This document shows, piece by piece, positions 58,831 to 64,000 of a stretch of DNA of 64,000 nucleotides. The DNA lies in the IMG/VR virus record IMGVR_UViG_3300010163_000004, positions 72,935-136,934 of that record. One strand, given 5' to 3'. The stretch's first letter is position 1. Each line of letters starts with the position of its first letter. The DNA is from a virus (taxonomy: Duplodnaviria; Heunggongvirae; Uroviricota; Caudoviricetes). The notes under the pieces are model-generated. The model saw nothing but the letters and a program-made list of their open reading frames with translations. It made no database searches and was not told the DNA's origin. Both the position numbers and the translations under genes were made by a program.

Positions 58831-59562
58831 ATGGAATTTAGTATTGATATACATACCAAAATTAATGGGGAAATACTGATAGAAGATTTCTCAAAAGAAT
58901 ATGGCTAGTATATTGATGAAGATGTAGAGGTAGTAACTTCTTACGACTCCTATAAGTATAGTGAGAGTGCTACCTTAAATACTATCATCAAGGTTAGTAT
59001 AAGTGATGCTACTCTGATAGATGTTTTACTTAATGACCATACAGAAGACCTAGACTCGTGTATGTTTAAGGTTAAAGATGATGGCTATTACGTAGTAGAC
59101 CATATCATTATTCCTAATATGAAATGGTACGAAAATTCATCCGACGAGTATAAAGAATACTATGAGACTATCTATGTTACTGATGGAGAAAAATTATATA
59201 AAGAAGTAGAAGGTAAACTAGAAGAGTGTACAGTTAAAGAAGTTCTTGAACGAAATATAGAAGGAACTACTATAAAAAAATGTAAGGTAGATGTTTTCTT
59301 TACGGGAAACTTGTAGTAGTGTTACATTAATTATTGTAAGAAACTCTTTGATGCTTTACTAAATAAGTGTCTAACTAGAGATTAGGAGGCAGATATATTT
59401 GCCAGAGATTTCATATGGATGACTCTTAACATTATAGATTATTTAATATGCTTTAAACAATTCATGGAGGCTGAGAGATTACTAGCGATGTTCCGTACCT
59501 GTGGAGGATTCTGTGATAATCACCACCATGGACATAAACGTATAGGTTGTGGATGCTCTTAA
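58831..59562 (+). CDS. TAG-recoded structural-module protein (243 codons). Contains two consecutive TAG codons at 59314-59319; could alternatively be two genes.
   Basis: ORF-track piece 59062..59316 is in frame. C-terminal part is Cys/His-rich. Confidence 0.45.
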
Positions 59563-59717
59563 GAGAAAGGCTATTAAAAGGTATGAGGATTTTCTAAGAA
59601 AACTCAAAAAGGGATATAAACCAGATTATCAAGATATTCTGAATCTAATTTGTTTTATTAACCTACCTGTAAGACTAGATAATCACGAATTTATTAAATA
59701 GCAATTATTAAACTAGA

Positions 59718-61292
59718 ATGATACAGTCTATTTACACTTCGGTAAGTAACGCAGATATAGTGCCTTGTGGTAAAAAGGGTAAGCCTATAAAATGTGAGCC
59801 TATACCTCTCTTAAGAAATAACTATTTAGGAGAATATAGGACAGAACTAGAAAAAGCTAAAGTAAGAAAGAATTTAGGTATTGCTGATGAGTAGAGTCTA
59901 TTGTGGGGAAACATTAGTGGAACCATAGAACTGCAAAAAGACCTAGTATAGTATATAGAACAAAAATGGACCTATACTAGTGACGTTGCAGAAGGCATTA
60001 ATACTGTGAAAGATGCTCTAGACTATGCCCTATACTTTATTAGTGAATATGAATCTAATACAGAAGAAATAGAAGAACTAAAAGTCGATATAAGCAATAT
60101 TAGAACTTCTATATCTGTATTGAAGGAGGATTTACAACGAGAAATTGATACTAATAGAAAAGGAATTAATAATCTATCTGAAGAAATAGTAAAAATCAAT
60201 GAAGCTATAGTTGAGTTGAATAATGCTATTGAGAATATAGATGTTGATAAAAACATTCTTAATTGGGTTAAGAATAGTCTTCAAAATTCTAAAACTATAG
60301 AAATAAAGGAAGATAATTCTTTAGAGGTAATTTTGTCTACTTAGGAAGATAATGCTATTCATTTAATAGAATAGGAGATTGGAGAGGAAACCTCTTCTAT
60401 TATTCTTCCAGGTATCTATGTTAAAAATCTCGAGCCTGCTCTAGAAGAAACAAAAAAAGAAGTATAGAAAACTTAGGAAGCACAACAAGAGACAAATGCC
60501 AAAGTAGAAGCTAATACTGAAAACATCACTAATATACAAACTAATTTAGAAACTATAGCTACTTATTAGACTGAACTCCCAGATGATACTATTTCAACGG
60601 TAATTGAAGGAACTACAGTAGAGAAACTTAAAGGCAAACCCTTTAATGAAATTATTGATACTTTACTATTTCCAACAGTAGTTAGAGATTTGGTATATCC
60701 ATGGCTTTATTATAGTTTTACTTCTCAAATAGTGGAAGTAGGAACTGCTTTATTAACTCCTACACTTACATTTATAAAGAATGATGCTGGAGAAGAAACT
60801 GACAGACAAGAAACTATTACTTATAACAGCTCTCCTGTAGAGTCTGATACATATAATTCTATTGGTACTTATACTTACTATGGTGTCGTGAGCTATGCTG
60901 CTGGAGAATATTTGATAAATAATAAAGGAGAAGTTACAGATAAGAGAATAGAAGCTGGTTCTATTTCTGCTACCGCTTAGGTAGTAGCCACATATCCTTG
61001 GTATTCTGGTAATACTGATGGTATGATTAAATAGGAGTTAGTTCCTTTTGGACAATTGTCTGGAACTATCACATTTTCACTAAGTGGTAAGGCTATTATA
61101 AAATTGCCAGGAAGTAATACATAGTTAAATTCATTTACCGTAGATGGAGGACTTGGATATTTAAATGTAGACCTAAGTGGTTGGGAAACGTCTACCGAGT
61201 AGATAAATGGATTTACTTACAAGGTATGGACTAAGAAAGACACTTATTCCTCAGCATTGCCACATCAAATTAACTTTATTCTATCACAATAA
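59718..61292 (+). CDS. TAG-recoded tail or fibre-like protein (524 codons), coiled-coil N-terminal half
   Basis: ORF-track pieces 60006..60344 and 60690..60980 are in frame. Ends at TAATG, overlapping the next start. Confidence 0.55.
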
Positions 61293-63130
61293 TGGCATTT
61301 AAATATACAGGTGATGCTACCTTAGGTGTCGCTTTAACCGTAGAAACTCCGAAGCCTCTCGATAATAGAACAGTCGTTAATAACTTAGACGAACTTTATT
61401 CTATTCCAGAGAAGTATGCTTATCAAGGTATGACCGTTGCTAACATAGACAACGGAAATATTTATATGCTGATTGATAAGTCTAAGATTAAATACAAGGA
61501 AGGATGGAAAGCATCCTATGAATCTATCTAGATAATCACCTGTACAGAGGCTGAATATAAAGAATGGTCTGAGAATACTACAGATGATTTTAGGCCCATA
61601 GATGAAAGTAAAACATATCTTCATGCTGAGACATATTATTATATATATGAGGATAGCCTAGACGACAACTAGTTTTACCTATCCGCAGAGTGGGGAAAAA
61701 AGATAGAAGAGCAATTAAAATAGAAGGCCCTTAATACTACTGTAGTATAGATTAGAACAGACTTAGATAACACTATTGCCAGCCTATCAGATTATGCTAC
61801 ACTGGAAGAATTAACTACTAATTATGTCTCTAATGATTCTTTAGCTCTATCCCTGACTAAGTATTATACTAAGAAAGAAACAGACGATATTTTCGTTACT
61901 AAAGAAAGCCTTAGAGGGGAGGGAATGGAAGGAGATGATTTTGTCTTCGTTACAAAGAAAGAATATGAGGAAGATTAGTAGGCTATCCAAGATGAATTAG
62001 ATAAAACTCTTAAAGTAGACGGAGATGGTTCTTTAGAAAGCATCACTGTTGGATAGATAAAATCTCCTGTAGTGGAGGGAGGGAAATAGCTAGTAGTAGA
62101 CGTTAGGTCTGAAGGATTATTTATAGGTGAAGATCAGATTGCTACTGAATCAGATATTCCGAATTTAGTAACATTAACTGAAGAAGAGTATCTAAAGTTA
62201 GTAGAGGAAGGGACTATAGAGCCTGATACATATTACTATGTATATGACGTCACAAATGATGCAAAGGTTTATATTACTAAAGAATATTTGGATTAGAATT
62301 ATCATACTACTAATCAATATCAGTCCTGGGTTTCTACAAATTATTACTCTAAGAAGTAGATTGATGAAATAGTTCAAGGTTTGCAAAAACTCGGAAACTA
62401 CGTTACTACAGAAGATATTAAGGCTTATTATACTATTTAGCAGGTTGATGACAAATTTCTTACTAAAGAAAATGCTTAGTCTACTTATGCTACTCAATAG
62501 TCATTATCTGATTTATCAGATTAGATAGCTGAAGATTACGTAACAAAAGAAAGTTTAAGGGGAGACTCTCCTGAAACTGGAGATGATGATTTCATATTTG
62601 TTACCTAGAAAAAATATCAGGATGATTAGGTTGCTGCGGCTAAAGAATTTAGCACTGAGCTTTTGAAATCTACATCAGTAGAAACTTCTGATATTACTAT
62701 TTAGAAAATTGGGGAAAAAGAAGTACAATAGGGAATAACTGGAGAACTTTCTGAGAAAACAGAAACTAAGCAAGTTATTGAGAGTTCTGTTAAACTTACC
62801 ACAGAAGATAACAGACTGTTTGCAGGAGGTAAGCAAGTTGCTATTACTGAAGAAGTACCAAAACTTGTATGCTTACCACAAGCTGATTATGACGACTTAG
62901 TTGAGAATAGTAAGACTGAAGAAGATACTTATTATTGCACCTATGGAGAAAAAGATTTACAGGATACTGGGTATGTTAGAAGTGAATATCTTATAGAAAG
63001 ATACTACACCAAAGCTGAGGTAGAAGAACTGATTAGCTAGGCCGTAGCCAAATTATAGAAAAAGATAGACGCTTTATAGCCAGGTTCTAGTGTAGAGGTA
63101 GATGGAGAAAATGAACAATTAATATTTTAA
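61292..63130 (+). CDS. TAG-recoded tail-fibre-like protein (612 codons) with internal repeats (YVTKESLRG...DDF(V/I)FVTKKEY..DD twice)
   Basis: ORF-track piece 61292..61531 is the N-terminus. Repeat units are seen directly. Confidence 0.55.
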
Positions 63131-63135
63131 ACAAT

Positions 63136-63350
63136 ATGGGAACAATTTATATTGAAGGACAGTTTAAGAGTTCTGCCAAACCAGTAAAAGTTGTTGGAGG
63201 AAGTGTAGGAGGAGGCTCTGGAGTAGACCAGGAAGTTCTCAAGAACTATGCTACTAAAGCAGAATTATAGAAGGCTGTTGAGGACCTAACTGCTTCCATA
63301 GAGGGAATAGATCACGATGTAGTTGATGAAACTTTAATAATACAATGATA
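63136..63350 (+). CDS. small TAG-recoded protein (71 codons, Gly-rich)
   Basis: Hand translation MGTIYIEGQFKSSAKPVKVVGGSVGGGSGVDQE... Confidence 0.4.
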
Positions 63351-64000
63351 TGGCAGCAATCAAATCTATAAAGGTTGGAGAAACCACATATGATTTAAAA
63401 GCTACTTACGATGGTGCTGGAAATGTTATAGATACGACATATGCCAAGGCTAATGCAATTCCAACTAAAATTTCTTAGTTACAGAATGATAGTGGATATT
63501 TGACTAAGCATTAGGATATTAGTGAATTAGCTACAAAGGGTGAGCTTGAAGGCAAAGTAGATAAGGAGTTAGGAAAAGGACTCTCTGAAGCCAATTATAC
63601 TGAAACTGAGAAGAAAAAGTTAAGTACTATAGCTAGTAATGCTAATAATTATGTACATCCAACTACTTCTGGAAATAAACATATTCCATCTGGAGGAACT
63701 TCCGGACAGATGTTAGTTTTCTCAGCAGATGGCACTGCTAAGTGGGCAGATTCAAGTTCTAAGCTAGAAGAACAGTTTACAGTGCTAAATGAGGCTTGGG
63801 CAGAATTATAGAAAGCTCAACAAAAACTTGACAAGTAGGTTACTGAGTTAAATAGTAATATGGATTTATATTCATATGGAGTAGAATGGGATGCTACAGT
63901 AGCATCTCCAGAACTTACTAGAATAGGTAATCCTTTACTACATAAATCTCTTCCTATTCAATCAGCGTATAGAGGTTGTGTAGCAAACAATGACGTAGTA
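63350..64000 (+). CDS. TAG-recoded tail-fibre-like protein, 5' part (continues beyond window)
   Basis: Hand translation MAAIKSIKVGETTYDLKATYDGAGNVIDTTYAKANAIPTKIS[TAG]LQNDSGYLTKH[TAG]DISELATKG...HIPSGGTSGQMLVFSADGTAKWADSS. Confidence 0.5.

Overview
This is an AT-rich dsDNA phage segment with crAss-like (Crassvirales-type) organisation.

Layout:
- 722-44848, minus strand: a compact early/middle block in the standard genetic code. It includes a DnaB-like helicase, an SF2 helicase, RNase H, a NadV (nicotinamide phosphoribosyltransferase), Prs (PRPP synthetase) and HAD-phosphatase NAD-salvage module, an OmpA-like protein, a glucosaminidase endolysin candidate, an SPFH/flotillin plus NfeD pair, a radical SAM enzyme and many small secreted or membrane proteins.
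- About 24 tRNA or tRNA-like genes are interleaved with this block. Several are structurally odd: three have aberrant 3' halves, one has a 15-nt anticodon loop, and three have a body type that does not match their anticodon. A GIY-YIG homing endonuclease is embedded among them.
- 44849-45257: a GC-rich repeat region where transcription diverges.
- 45713-45784, plus strand: an amber-suppressor tRNA (anticodon CUA) that is clearly a paralogue of the phage's own tRNA-Gln(UUG).
- 51456-64000, plus strand: late structural genes, including large terminase, portal and tail-fiber-like proteins. They read through many in-frame TAG codons, about 19 in the terminase alone, while TAA and TGA still terminate. 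This is TAG (amber) stop-codon reassignment, most likely to Gln.
- TAG-recoded genes also occur on the minus strand: two GIY-YIG homing endonucleases and a 556-codon gene at 47461-49129.
- Early genes contain no in-frame TAG. Three of them use TAG as their stop, each followed within 10 codons by a backup TAA or TGA.

Other points worth follow-up:
- a candidate group I intron with a homing endonuclease interrupting a P-loop ATPase gene at the window start;
- a roughly 460-nt structured non-coding region (14390-14855) with two UUCG tetraloops and a 13-bp long-range helix;
- a 1.2-kb non-coding stretch (41570-42760).

Coordinates of recoded genes and tRNAs were derived by hand and may be off by 1-3 nt.
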